Shown piece by piece: positions 8,669 to 16,664 of a stretch of DNA of 24,000 nt; positions within the stretch are counted from its first letter, which is position 1; the number at the start of each line of letters is the position of its first letter. The stretch comes from Actinocatenispora sera. GTDB taxonomy: Bacteria; Actinomycetota; Actinomycetes; Mycobacteriales; Micromonosporaceae. Under the pieces are notes generated by a model that searched no databases, was not told the DNA's origin, and worked only from the letters and a program-made list of their open reading frames with translations. The stretch covers positions 5,948,426 through 5,972,425 of the forward strand of contig NZ_AP023354.1 in assembly GCF_018324685.1 (NCBI RefSeq), read 5' to 3'. A program made the translations under genes and the position numbers.

Positions 8669-9538
8669 CTACCAGTCCATCATGGACGGTGCCACGTCGT
8701 CGCGGGTCACCGTCCCCTCGATCAGCCCGTACGGTCGGTCCGCCGCGTAGTACACGGTGTCGGTGTTCTCGACGTCGTGCGGCGACAGGTCGACCAGGAA
8801 GTGGTGCTTGTTCGGCAGCGAGAGCCGGATCTCGGCGATCTCCGGATGCGCGGCGAGCACCCGCTCCCCCATCGCGTACAGCGTCTGCTGCAGCGAGTAG
8901 CTGTAGGTCTCGGCGAACGCGGCGGCCAGCAGCCGCCGCACGTCCGGGTACGACTTGCCGAAGTCGGCGTCGGACGACAGGTGCCGCCACTGCGCGTCGA
9001 CCGCGGTGGCGAGGATCCGGTCCCTGGTCTCGGCCAGCGTGGTGTACCGGTCGGTCGCGAAGCCCCAGAACTCCGAGTCGGTGGTGTTGAGCAGCGTCAG
9101 CCCGGTCAGCCCGGACACCACCTCGGCCGCGTCGGCGGTGACGCGCACCCGCGCGGTACGCAGGCAGGTTCCGTTGCGGGCGAACGAGTGCGGCGCCGGC
9201 CCGTCGCTGCCCTCGATCCGGTCCCAGGGCTGCTCGGTCAGCCGCACCTCGGCACGCCGGATCGCCGGCTGGCTCGCCACGAAGTGCCGCGCCAGCCGCA
9301 GCCCGAACTCCTCGACCTGCCCGACTCCCTCGGCGGCGAACGCGAAGACGGTGTTCTTCTGCGCGTCGGTGGTCAGCACGTTGCTGTTGTCGCCGCGCAG
9401 GTGCACGTCCGCCAGCTCGCCGGACAGCGAGACGCCGACCGTCACGTCGGTCAGGCCGTGCCGGTCCGCACCGCGATCCACCCGGACCAGGTGCACCTCC
9501 GCCTTGCCGTACCGGTTGTCGCCGAGCACGATCCCCAT
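8669..9538 (-). CDS. uox: Urate oxidase (uricase), 289 aa
   Basis: MGIVLGDNRYGKAEV..., TDAQKNTVFAF, LQQTLY and SLPNKHHF are hallmark uricase motifs. GAGGGAG lies upstream, inside the 3' end of uraH. Confidence 0.93.
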   Translation of the reverse strand: MGIVLGDNRYGKAEVHLVRVDRGADRHGLTDVTVGVSLSGELADVHLRGDNSNVLTTDAQKNTVFAFAAEGVGQVEEFGLRLARHFVASQPAIRRAEVRLTEQPWDRIEGSDGPAPHSFARNGTCLRTARVRVTADAAEVVSGLTGLTLLNTTDSEFWGFATDRYTTLAETRDRILATAVDAQWRHLSSDADFGKSYPDVRRLLAAAFAETYSYSLQQTLYAMGERVLAAHPEIAEIRLSLPNKHHFLVDLSPHDVENTDTVYYAADRPYGLIEGTVTRDDVAPSMMDW

Positions 9539-9541
9539 CGA

Positions 9542-9859
9542 CTAGCTCCCTCGGTAGGTCGAGTACGCAAACGGGCTGAGCAGCAGCGGCACGTGGTGGT
9601 GCGCACCGGCATCGGTGACGCTGAACGCCACCACCACCTCGGGGTAGAACCCGTCGGTACCGGTCGCCGCGAACCAGGCCGCGGTGTCGAACACCAGCCG
9701 GTACCGGCCGGGCGCGGGCAGCGGCAGTCCGGCCAGCCGCCCGTCGGCGTCGGTGACCCCGGCGCCGAGTTCGGTGCCGTCGGCCGCCGCCAACCGCACC
9801 GGCACCCCGACCGCCGGCCGGCCCCGGCCGGTGTCCAGCACGTGCGTCGACAGGCTCAC
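9542..9859 (-). CDS. uraH: 5-hydroxyisourate hydrolase (transthyretin-like), 105 aa
   Basis: GTG start giving LSTHVLDTGRGRPA..., HHHVPLLLSPFAYSTYRGS and the diagnostic C-terminal YRGS. There is a GTGA overlap with the uraD stop. Confidence 0.9.
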   Translation of the reverse strand: MSLSTHVLDTGRGRPAVGVPVRLAAADGTELGAGVTDADGRLAGLPLPAPGRYRLVFDTAAWFAATGTDGFYPEVVVAFSVTDAGAHHHVPLLLSPFAYSTYRGS

Positions 9860-10446
9860 CGGGCGCCCTCCTCCGTGGCACGCTGGCCCGGCCGGGCCAG
9901 CCCGGCCGCCAGCTCGGACAGCAGCCGGTCCAGTCGCAGGGCGGCGATCGCGGACAGCTCCCGGCGCACCACGGCGCGCTCGGTGGCCTCGTCGTGGCGC
10001 AGCCGCTCGGCCAGCGCGGCGAGGATCTGCTGCCGGCTTCGGCCGGACGCGCAGATCAGGAACACGTGCCCGAACCGCCGCTCGTACGCAAGGTTCCCGG
10101 CGACCAGCGGATCCCGCGCGGCCTCGCCGTCGTCCACCGGCACGCCGGTCGCGGCCGGGCCGGAACGCCCGGCCACCGCGGCGGACTGCTCGGCGCGCGA
10201 CCAGGCGGAGCGCCGGTCGCCGCCGCGTGGCGGCGAGCCGATCCGCGGATGGTCGGCCAGCGCGGTCGCGATCGCCGGCCAGCCGGCCGTGGCGAGCGCC
10301 GCGTCCGCGGCGGCCCGCAGCGCACCCCGGTCCGGGTACGGCCGGCCGGCGGCCACCGCGTCGGCCCAGCCCGGCGCGCCGCAGCAGGCGTCGAGCGGCT
10401 CGGCCGGTGCCGGTAACGCGTTGAATGCCCGCAACCCACGGTCCAT
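9856..10446 (-). CDS. uraD: 2-oxo-4-hydroxy-4-carboxy-5-ureidoimidazoline (OHCU) decarboxylase, 196 aa
   Basis: Internal ATG at 10446 with GGGGAGG upstream. Motifs are ADHPRIG, NLAYERRFGHVFLICASGRS and ERLRHD, and it sits next to uraH and uox. Confidence 0.85.
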   Translation of the reverse strand: MDRGLRAFNALPAPAEPLDACCGAPGWADAVAAGRPYPDRGALRAAADAALATAGWPAIATALADHPRIGSPPRGGDRRSAWSRAEQSAAVAGRSGPAATGVPVDDGEAARDPLVAGNLAYERRFGHVFLICASGRSRQQILAALAERLRHDEATERAVVRRELSAIAALRLDRLLSELAAGLARPGQRATEEGAR

Positions 10447-10656
10447 CGGCCGCCTCCCCGTCGGTCCCCGCGACCACGTCGCGGGTTGCCCTGTCGCATT
10501 ACCCGAACCCGCGCCGCTGACACCCGGCCGATCCGACGCCGGTAGTAGACCCCGCCGCAGGTCGTGCGAACCAGGCACCGAACCTCCGAAAGGACGACCG
10601 GTCACGAAGCCACGTCTTGTACCTTCCTCCAAGGCCCTGGCGGCTACCGTGTGTGC
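10447..10656. promoter_or_regulatory. Divergent control region between the uricolysis operon and pucR. It contains a perfect hairpin/palindrome, CCCGCGAC-CAC-GTCGCGGG, at 10467-10485.
   Basis: This is a 210-nt non-coding gap between divergent starts. The palindrome was read directly from the sequence. TACCGT (10645-10650) fits the actinobacterial TANNNT -10 pattern and lies immediately before the pucR GTGs. Confidence 0.5.
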
Positions 10657-12189
10657 GTGCGGCTACGTGCCCTGCTCGACGCGCCGGATCTGCGGCTTCG
10701 CCTGCTCACCGGTGGTTCGCACCTGGATCGGGCCGTCCGCTGGGTGTACACGACCGATCTGCCCGATCCGCGCCGTTATCTCACCGGTGGGGAACTTGTG
10801 CTCACCGGCATGCTGTGGCGGCACGATCCGGCCGACTCGGCGGCCTTCGTGGCCGCCGTCGCCGACGGCGGCATCGCCGCGCTCGCCGCCGGGTACGCCG
10901 ACAACGAGGCCCAGTCGGTACCCGACGACCTGATCGAGGAGTGCCGGCGACACGACGTCGTGCTGTTCGAGGTGCCGCCGGACGTCTCGTTCGCGACCGT
11001 CACCGAGCGGGTGGTCCGCGCGGTCACCGAGGGCCGGCCCGGCGCCGACGAGGAGCGCTGGCGCGACCGGCTGCACGCCCTGGTCGCCACCGGCGCGGGG
11101 CCGGACGAGATGTGCACCCTGCTCACCGACCGTACCGGCGCCGACTGCATGGTGCTGTCCGCCACCGGTCGCCGGATCGCCGGTGCCGACACGCTGGCCG
11201 ACGACGACCGCCGCGGACTCGCCCGGCGGTACCTGTCCGCCGAGCCGCTGCCGACCACCGTGCGGCTGCGCACCGACCGGTACGCGCTGCTGCCCGTCTC
11301 GCCGCGGCAGCCACGCATCGCCGGCTGGTGCCTCGCCGTGGCCGGCGACCTCGACACCGACGACCCGGCGGTACGCGGGCCGATCGGCGAGGTGTGCACG
11401 CTGCTGGCGCTGGAGTGGTCCCGGCAGGAGGAGGCGCGCCAGGTCGCCGACCGGCAGGGCGCCCAGCTGGTGCGGCTGGCCGGCTCCGACTCCGCCGCGC
11501 CCGCCGACATCGCGTCCCGGCTGCAGGTGGCCGGTTTCGCGCCGGACGAGCCGATCGCGGTGGTGGTCGCCGCGGCCGCCGGCGGGACCCCGCTGACCGC
11601 GCTGCTGCACGAGATCTGCGCCGGTGCGCCGGACCCGTCGCTCGTCACCGGGGTCGACGGTGAGGCGGTCGCGATCGTGGCCGCCGGCATCGACCGGTTC
11701 GGCGAGCTGGTCGAGCACATCCGTACCGGTGCGGAGGCGCTGCGCCCCGGCCTGTCCGGCGCCCGGGTGGGCATCGGCGTGGCCGCGGCGTCGGCCTGCG
11801 CGGCCGGGCTGCACGGCGCGCTGGAGGAGGCCCGCGCGGTACGCCGGCTCGGCGAGCACCGCCCCGGTCAGGTCCGGGTGGCCGACTCCGGCGAGCTGAG
11901 CTCGCACGGGCTGCTGCTCGCCACCGTGCCGGACGAGCTGCGCCGCTCGTACACCGACCGGCTGCTCGGCCCGCTCGTCGCGTACGACGCGGCGCACCGC
12001 ACCGACCTGATCGCCACCCTGGAGGCGTTCCTGGACTGCGACGGATCGTGGACCCGCTGCGCCGCCCGGCTGCACCTGCACGTCAACACGCTGCGGTACC
12101 GGATCGGCCGGATCGAGCGGCTGACCGGCCGGGACCTGTCCACGTTCGCCGGCCGGGTCGACCTCTACCTCGCCCTGAAGCTCGCATGA
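10657..12189 (+). CDS. pucR: PucR-family transcriptional regulator (purine catabolism regulator-like)
   Basis: The N-terminal PurC-like domain (RLRALLDAPDLRLRLLTGGSHLDRAVRWVYTTDL...GGELVLTG) and the C-terminal PucR HTH (LHLHVNTLRYRIGRIERLTGRDL) are present. The start is GTG at 10657 or 10651. The 10564 start in the ORF track adds a non-coding-looking extension. Confidence 0.85.
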   Translation: MRLRALLDAPDLRLRLLTGGSHLDRAVRWVYTTDLPDPRRYLTGGELVLTGMLWRHDPADSAAFVAAVADGGIAALAAGYADNEAQSVPDDLIEECRRHDVVLFEVPPDVSFATVTERVVRAVTEGRPGADEERWRDRLHALVATGAGPDEMCTLLTDRTGADCMVLSATGRRIAGADTLADDDRRGLARRYLSAEPLPTTVRLRTDRYALLPVSPRQPRIAGWCLAVAGDLDTDDPAVRGPIGEVCTLLALEWSRQEEARQVADRQGAQLVRLAGSDSAAPADIASRLQVAGFAPDEPIAVVVAAAAGGTPLTALLHEICAGAPDPSLVTGVDGEAVAIVAAGIDRFGELVEHIRTGAEALRPGLSGARVGIGVAAASACAAGLHGALEEARAVRRLGEHRPGQVRVADSGELSSHGLLLATVPDELRRSYTDRLLGPLVAYDAAHRTDLIATLEAFLDCDGSWTRCAARLHLHVNTLRYRIGRIERLTGRDLSTFAGRVDLYLALKLA

Positions 12190-12323
12190 GCGGGCCGCGC
12201 ACGCCGCTGCGGCCGACCCCGGCCCGCACCGCCCGGCCGGGTCGACCGCTACCTCGTCCTGAAGCTCGCAGGAGCGGGCAACGCACCCCGCGGCAGCCGG
12301 CCTCGGCCCGCACCGGACCGCCC
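12151..12323 (+). repeat. Imperfect tandem duplication (84 nt + 89 nt, with a possible weak third start at ~12324) of the last 39 nt of pucR plus its downstream sequence
   Basis: Copy 1 at 12151-12234 and copy 2 at 12235-12323. The first 45 nt differ at only 3 positions (ggccgggtcgacc[tc/gc]tacctcg[c/t]cctgaagctcgca[t/g]gagcggg). The TGA stop is changed to GGA in copy 2. Confidence 0.85.
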
Positions 12324-12373
12324 GGGCGCGGGTCGGTGCGCCACCGCCGGCCGGGGCCTCGCGGGGGCCGGAC

Positions 12374-12946
12374 ATGAGCGGTACGACGGTGGCCGGGCTG
12401 CTGCTCGCGGCGGGCGCGGGGCGCCGGTTCGGGCGGCCCAAGGCGCTGGTGCCGTTTCGCGGCCGGACGCTGCTGGAGCACGGCGTTGCCCTGCTGACCG
12501 GCGGCGGCTGCGCCCCGGTGTACGTGGTGTCCGGCGCTGCCTCGCTGAGCTGCCCGGGCGTGACCGTGGTGGCCAACCCGGCCTGGCGCAGCGGGATGGG
12601 GTCGTCGCTGCACACCGGGATCGCGGCGTTGCCGGCCGAGGTGGAGGCCGTCGTCGTCGCGCTGGTGGACCAGCCGCTCGTCGGGGCCGAGGCGGTGCGC
12701 CGGCTGCGCGCCGCGCATCGCGCCGGCGCTCGGCTCGCGGTGGCCGGCTACGGCGGCGAGCCGCGCAATCCGGTGCTGCTGAGCCGGGAGTACTGGCCGG
12801 AGCTGCTGGCGTCGGCGCGGGGTGACCGCGGCGCGCGGGCGTTCCTGCGCGCGCACCCGGAGCTGGTGACGCTCGTCGAGTGCGGCGACACCGGTTCACC
12901 CGCCGACATCGACACCCCCGAGGACCTCGACTCGCTGTCCGGCTGA
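12374..12946 (+). CDS. MobA/MocA-like nucleotidyltransferase (molybdenum cofactor cytidylyl/guanylyltransferase, PucB/CoxI-like), 190 aa
   Basis: AGLLLAAGAGRRFG..PKAL is the N-terminal NTP-binding signature, and LVDQP is also present. The size and the position next to the XDH genes fit. Confidence 0.8.
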   Translation: MSGTTVAGLLLAAGAGRRFGRPKALVPFRGRTLLEHGVALLTGGGCAPVYVVSGAASLSCPGVTVVANPAWRSGMGSSLHTGIAALPAEVEAVVVALVDQPLVGAEAVRRLRAAHRAGARLAVAGYGGEPRNPVLLSREYWPELLASARGDRGARAFLRAHPELVTLVECGDTGSPADIDTPEDLDSLSG

Positions 12947-12964
12947 GTTACCGCCCCGGCGCGC

Positions 12965-14059
12965 TCAGCCGAGGGCGGCGAGCAGGGCAGCGGCGAGCAG
13001 GCCGGCGACCACGACCGCGGCCGCCATCGTCAGCGTCGCCCGCCAGGACAGAGCCCGGCCGACCAGCACCATCGACGGCACGCTCAGCGCCGGCAGCGTG
13101 ATCAGCAACGCGCCGATCGTGCCGGCGTGCGCGCCGGCGGCGACGAGCGCCAACACCACCGGGATCTCCCCGCCGGTGGGTATCACCAGCGCCGTACCGA
13201 CCACCGCGCACACCAGCACGGCGAGAACTCCCCACCGGGCGTCCAGTCCGTCGAACCGGGCGAGCGGTCCGCTGACCCAGCCGAGCGCGAACACCACCAG
13301 CAGGTACTCCGGGACCAGCACGGCGGCGAACCGGCCGAGCGAGGTCAGGTACCGCAGCGGCAGGTCGCGCAGCCGCACCGGCCCGGGCCGCCCGTCCACC
13401 GCGACAGCGGCCGGCAGCGTCGGTGCCGCCCGGTCCCCGAGCAGCCAGGTGACCAGCGCGGTGCCCCCGACGACGAGCAGCACCCCGACGAGCAGCCGTA
13501 CCACGCCGAACTGCCACGGGGCGACCAGGAACAGGAACACCAGTACGGCCGGGTTGAGCACCGGATTGCCCAACCAGTAGGCGAGGCTCGCGGTCATCGT
13601 CGCACCCCGCGCGCGCAGCCCGACCGTGACCGGCGCCGTGCAGCAGGTGCACATCAGGCTCGGCAGCGCGGCGGCACCGCCCGCGACGGACTGGCCGAGC
13701 CGGGTGCGCCGGTTCAGTACCGCTGCGAGCCAGCGCCGCGGCACCAGCGCGTCGATCGCTGCGGCCACCAGCAGCGCCACCAGCGCGGCCCGCCACACCG
13801 CGGCGAAGTAGCCGGCGGTGAAGGACACCGCGCCGGACCAGGACGGCGCCGTACCGGCAGCCGCGAACGACGAGGCGCCGGACCAGGACCGGGTGTGCCC
13901 GAGCACTGTCGCCTTCGCACCGTACGGCAGCCACTTCGCCCAGGCCAGCCCGGCCACCGCCAGCACCGCGAGCACGGCGACGCCGACGACACCGGTACGC
14001 GCGCTGCGCCCGGCCGCAGCTCCGGGCGCCGGGACGGCTGCGGCCGGGTCGGTGTGCAT
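12965..14059 (-). CDS. Predicted permease (COG0701 / ArsP-like family), 364 aa
   Basis: Internal ATG at 14059 with GGGAG 6 nt upstream. The protein is polytopic and hydrophobic, and carries the family-typical vicinal cysteine motif LPSLMCTCCTAPV. Confidence 0.75.
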   Translation of the reverse strand: MHTDPAAAVPAPGAAAGRSARTGVVGVAVLAVLAVAGLAWAKWLPYGAKATVLGHTRSWSGASSFAAAGTAPSWSGAVSFTAGYFAAVWRAALVALLVAAAIDALVPRRWLAAVLNRRTRLGQSVAGGAAALPSLMCTCCTAPVTVGLRARGATMTASLAYWLGNPVLNPAVLVFLFLVAPWQFGVVRLLVGVLLVVGGTALVTWLLGDRAAPTLPAAVAVDGRPGPVRLRDLPLRYLTSLGRFAAVLVPEYLLVVFALGWVSGPLARFDGLDARWGVLAVLVCAVVGTALVIPTGGEIPVVLALVAAGAHAGTIGALLITLPALSVPSMVLVGRALSWRATLTMAAAVVVAGLLAAALLAALG

Positions 14060-14261
14060 GGCGGCTCCCGTGTGGTCACGGCGGCGGCTCGACCGGCTCC
14101 GGACAGCCAGACCGGCATTCGCCGGAGCCGCCGTTTCGCCGAGCCTAGGCCTCCGCGACCGGTCCCGCGCGGCGAACAACGCATCCCCGACCGGGCCGGG
14201 ACCGCCCGGGAGGGGTCCCAGCGGGCGGCGCGCAGACTCGCGGGGTCGAGTGGAGGTCGGG

Positions 14262-15860
14262 ATGGACGACTGGATGCCGGTACGACCGGGCGCGCCGGAC
14301 TCGCCGGTGCCGCCGCAGTCACCGGAGCCGCCGGCGCCGCCCGCGATGCCGGAACAGGCGGGCGCACCGACGCCGGAGACGGGACCGGACCCGGCCGGTG
14401 CACCGGCGGCGACGGGGTGGGTGCCGCCCGGGCCACCGCCGGGTCCGGCGCCGGCGCCGCCGGCGCGGGTGTCGATGGTGTTCGGTGATCCGGTGGCGGT
14501 CGCGCTCGGGAACGCGTCACTGCTCGGCGTCGGGTACTGCATGCTCCGCCGGTGGACGCTCGCGGTGCTGACCGACCTGGTCTCCGTCGTACTGCTGGTC
14601 CTGCTGGCGACCGCGTGGCGCGCGGTGTGGTTCGAGGTGCTGGTGGCGCTGTGGTGGGTGGCGCTGGTCGCGCACGGCTGGCACCTGGCCCGGCGGCGCG
14701 CGGTGCCGGTCGCGGCCCGGCGGCAACGCCTGGTCGCGGCCTACCTCGCGGTACCGGTGCTGCTCGCGGTCACGGCGCTGCGGGTCGACGGGTACCTGAT
14801 CGACTCGGCGCTGGCCGATGCGAAGCGGGCCGGCGACTGCGGCCAGGCCGGCCAGGCGGTCGACCGGGTGTGGTTCGGGCTGCGGTTCGCGGACGCCCCG
14901 CTGACCGTGCGCACCGAGACCACGCACCGGGTGTGCGCCCGGCTGCACACCGCGGCCGGCCAGCTGGGCACCTCGCTCGCCACCGGTGACACCCGGCAGC
15001 TCGCCGCCGGGTTCGCCGGGCTGCAGGCGGTGCTGGCCGGGTACCCGGGGCACGAGCCGATGGTGCGCGCGGTGCTGACCGAGTTCCTCGGCGTGCTGCC
15101 GAAGGCCGACGCGTGCCCGGCGGCGGCGGTGACCGACTGGCTGCGGGCCCGGCACCCCGACCACACGGTGCTCGACACCGCCGCCGCGGCTGCCACCCGC
15201 CACGCGCCGCCGGCACTGCTCGGCTGCGGCGACGCGCTGGTCGACCAGAAGTCCTGGCCGAAGGCGCTCGCCCGGTACCACCAGCTGCTCGACCAGTTCC
15301 CGGACAGCGAGCTGGTTACCAAGGCGCGCAAGGGAATCCGCACCGCGACGCTGGGCCAGCAGCTGTCCACCGTCCGGTCCCGGTTGTCCGTCGACACCGG
15401 CGAGCTGCCGAAGTACTGCTCGAACCCGGCGAAGTACGAGGCGGCCACGCCGTACCGCAAGTCGCACAACAGGTCGCTGCTGTACGGCAACTCGGAGTAC
15501 GTGAACAAGCTGCCCGACTCGTGGTCGGTCTCGGACGCCGCGGACGCCGCCCTGGTGGTGTGCGTCGGCGACACGAAGCTCGGCTCCCGGGTGCAGACCT
15601 GCCCGTACACCAGGCTGGACGGCTCCGGCTCGCCGGTGTGGGTGACGTTCTACAAGGTGGCGATCCCGATCCGGGCGTACGAGCTGCGCACCGGCAAGCT
15701 GGTGGTACACCGGACGATCCAGATCGGTGGCAGCAGCTGCCCCCAGATCCTGTCGTACACCACCTACGGCGGCTACGACACCGGCCCGGACACCGCGCAG
15801 TACGTCACGCCGAGCAGGAGCGGGGTGCGCGCCGCGTTCCGCTCCGCCCTGCACCCGTAA
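14262..15860 (+). CDS. Hypothetical membrane-anchored protein, 532 aa. It has a Pro-rich N-terminus, 3 predicted TM helices, and a Cys-containing extracytoplasmic domain with a TPR-like segment.
   Basis: ATG at 14262 with GGAGG 7 nt upstream, and high GC3 throughout. Hydrophobic segments are VAVALGNASLLGVGYCML, LAVLTDLVSVVLLVLLATAW and FEVLVALWWVALVAHGW. I recognise no family. Confidence 0.7.
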   Translation: MDDWMPVRPGAPDSPVPPQSPEPPAPPAMPEQAGAPTPETGPDPAGAPAATGWVPPGPPPGPAPAPPARVSMVFGDPVAVALGNASLLGVGYCMLRRWTLAVLTDLVSVVLLVLLATAWRAVWFEVLVALWWVALVAHGWHLARRRAVPVAARRQRLVAAYLAVPVLLAVTALRVDGYLIDSALADAKRAGDCGQAGQAVDRVWFGLRFADAPLTVRTETTHRVCARLHTAAGQLGTSLATGDTRQLAAGFAGLQAVLAGYPGHEPMVRAVLTEFLGVLPKADACPAAAVTDWLRARHPDHTVLDTAAAAATRHAPPALLGCGDALVDQKSWPKALARYHQLLDQFPDSELVTKARKGIRTATLGQQLSTVRSRLSVDTGELPKYCSNPAKYEAATPYRKSHNRSLLYGNSEYVNKLPDSWSVSDAADAALVVCVGDTKLGSRVQTCPYTRLDGSGSPVWVTFYKVAIPIRAYELRTGKLVVHRTIQIGGSSCPQILSYTTYGGYDTGPDTAQYVTPSRSGVRAAFRSALHP

Positions 15861-15898
15861 CCGGGGTAGGCCCGTACCGGTCGGCCCGGCGGGCGTGG

Positions 15899-16519
15899 TC
15901 AGAGGCGCTCGCCGGCGCGGATCTCGGCGGTGACGGTGTTCTCCGCCGGCGCCAGCGGGCAGACCCAGCTGTCGTCGTACCGGCAGGACGGGTGGTACAG
16001 GAAGTTGAGGTCGAGCACCAGCCGGTCGCCGGCGCCGCCGAGGTCGGCACCCTTGGCGGTGTCCAGCAGGTAGCGCCCGGCGCCGTAGCTGGTGCGCCCG
16101 GCGGTGCCGTCGCGCACCGGCAGGAACAGCCCGCCGCCGTACTGCCGGGTCCACCACACCGCGAGCGTGCCGGAGACCGGCGCGGGCAGCCGCACCGAAC
16201 CGAGCAGCTCGTAGCTGGTGACCCCGTCGGCGCCGGTGTCCACGTCGCGCCGCTGCGGCGCGTCCGGCGGCGTCACCGGCACCTCGAAGCGCAGCGCCGG
16301 ATCGTACGGCCAGTAGGGCAGGCCGGTGTCGCGCAACGGATCGGTGGCCGCCAACGGGCTCTGCGGATGCCGGGTGAACAGCGCGTCGCGGCCCACCCGC
16401 CACCGGGCGTGCCCGGCGGCCGGCTCGGCGGCGGCGCGCACCTGCGCGTACAGCTCGGCGACGGTGCGGCGCCAGTCGGCCAGCTGCAGCGCGGTGCCCG
16501 CGTCGGTCCTCGACTCCAT
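15899..16519 (-). CDS. DUF1684 domain-containing protein, 206 aa
   Basis: The C-terminal pattern LDLNFLYHPSCRYDDSWVCPLAPAENTV matches the conserved DUF1684 motif as I remember it. ATG at 16519. Confidence 0.75.
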   Translation of the reverse strand: MESRTDAGTALQLADWRRTVAELYAQVRAAAEPAAGHARWRVGRDALFTRHPQSPLAATDPLRDTGLPYWPYDPALRFEVPVTPPDAPQRRDVDTGADGVTSYELLGSVRLPAPVSGTLAVWWTRQYGGGLFLPVRDGTAGRTSYGAGRYLLDTAKGADLGGAGDRLVLDLNFLYHPSCRYDDSWVCPLAPAENTVTAEIRAGERL

Positions 16520-16544
16520 GCCTCGACGCTACCTCGCCCCATCC

Positions 16545-16664
16545 GCGCAGGCAGGCGGTGCCGTGCCCCTACGGCGGTGCGCGCCCCTCGGGCGCAGGCA
16601 GGCGGTGCCGAGCCCCTACCAGCCCAGCGGGCGATGCGAGCCCCTCGGGCGCAGGAGGGGGCGC
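16545..16664. repeat. Intergenic tandem repeat, about 2.3 units (47 nt, 57 nt, partial), with the unit core gcgcaggcaggcggtgccgNgcccctac...cccctcgg
   Basis: Units begin at 16545, 16592 and 16649. The stem-loop GCGCCC-CTC-GGGCGC at 16581-16595 spans a unit junction. The array lies between the radical SAM stop and the DUF1684 start. Confidence 0.8.

Noticed and set aside
10564-10656. The longer pucR start at GTG 10564 given in the ORF track
   Set aside because: The extension (VRTRHRTSERTTGHEATSCTFLQGPGGYR) has poor coding character. The PucR N-terminal domain normally begins at the RLRALL-type segment. A TANNNT hexamer lies directly before the GTGs at 10651/10657.
7283-10933. A 1216-aa plus-strand ORF, and similar giant ORFs at 3459..6059+, 1522..3768+, 1511..3352-, 15113..18307+, 14517..16403-, 10663..12615-, 18480..20306- and 20417..22174-
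   Set aside because: All are Arg/Pro/Gly/Ala-rich low-complexity translations lying antisense to, or out of frame with, genes that have clear family motifs. This is the typical stop-codon-poor shadow ORF of very GC-rich DNA.
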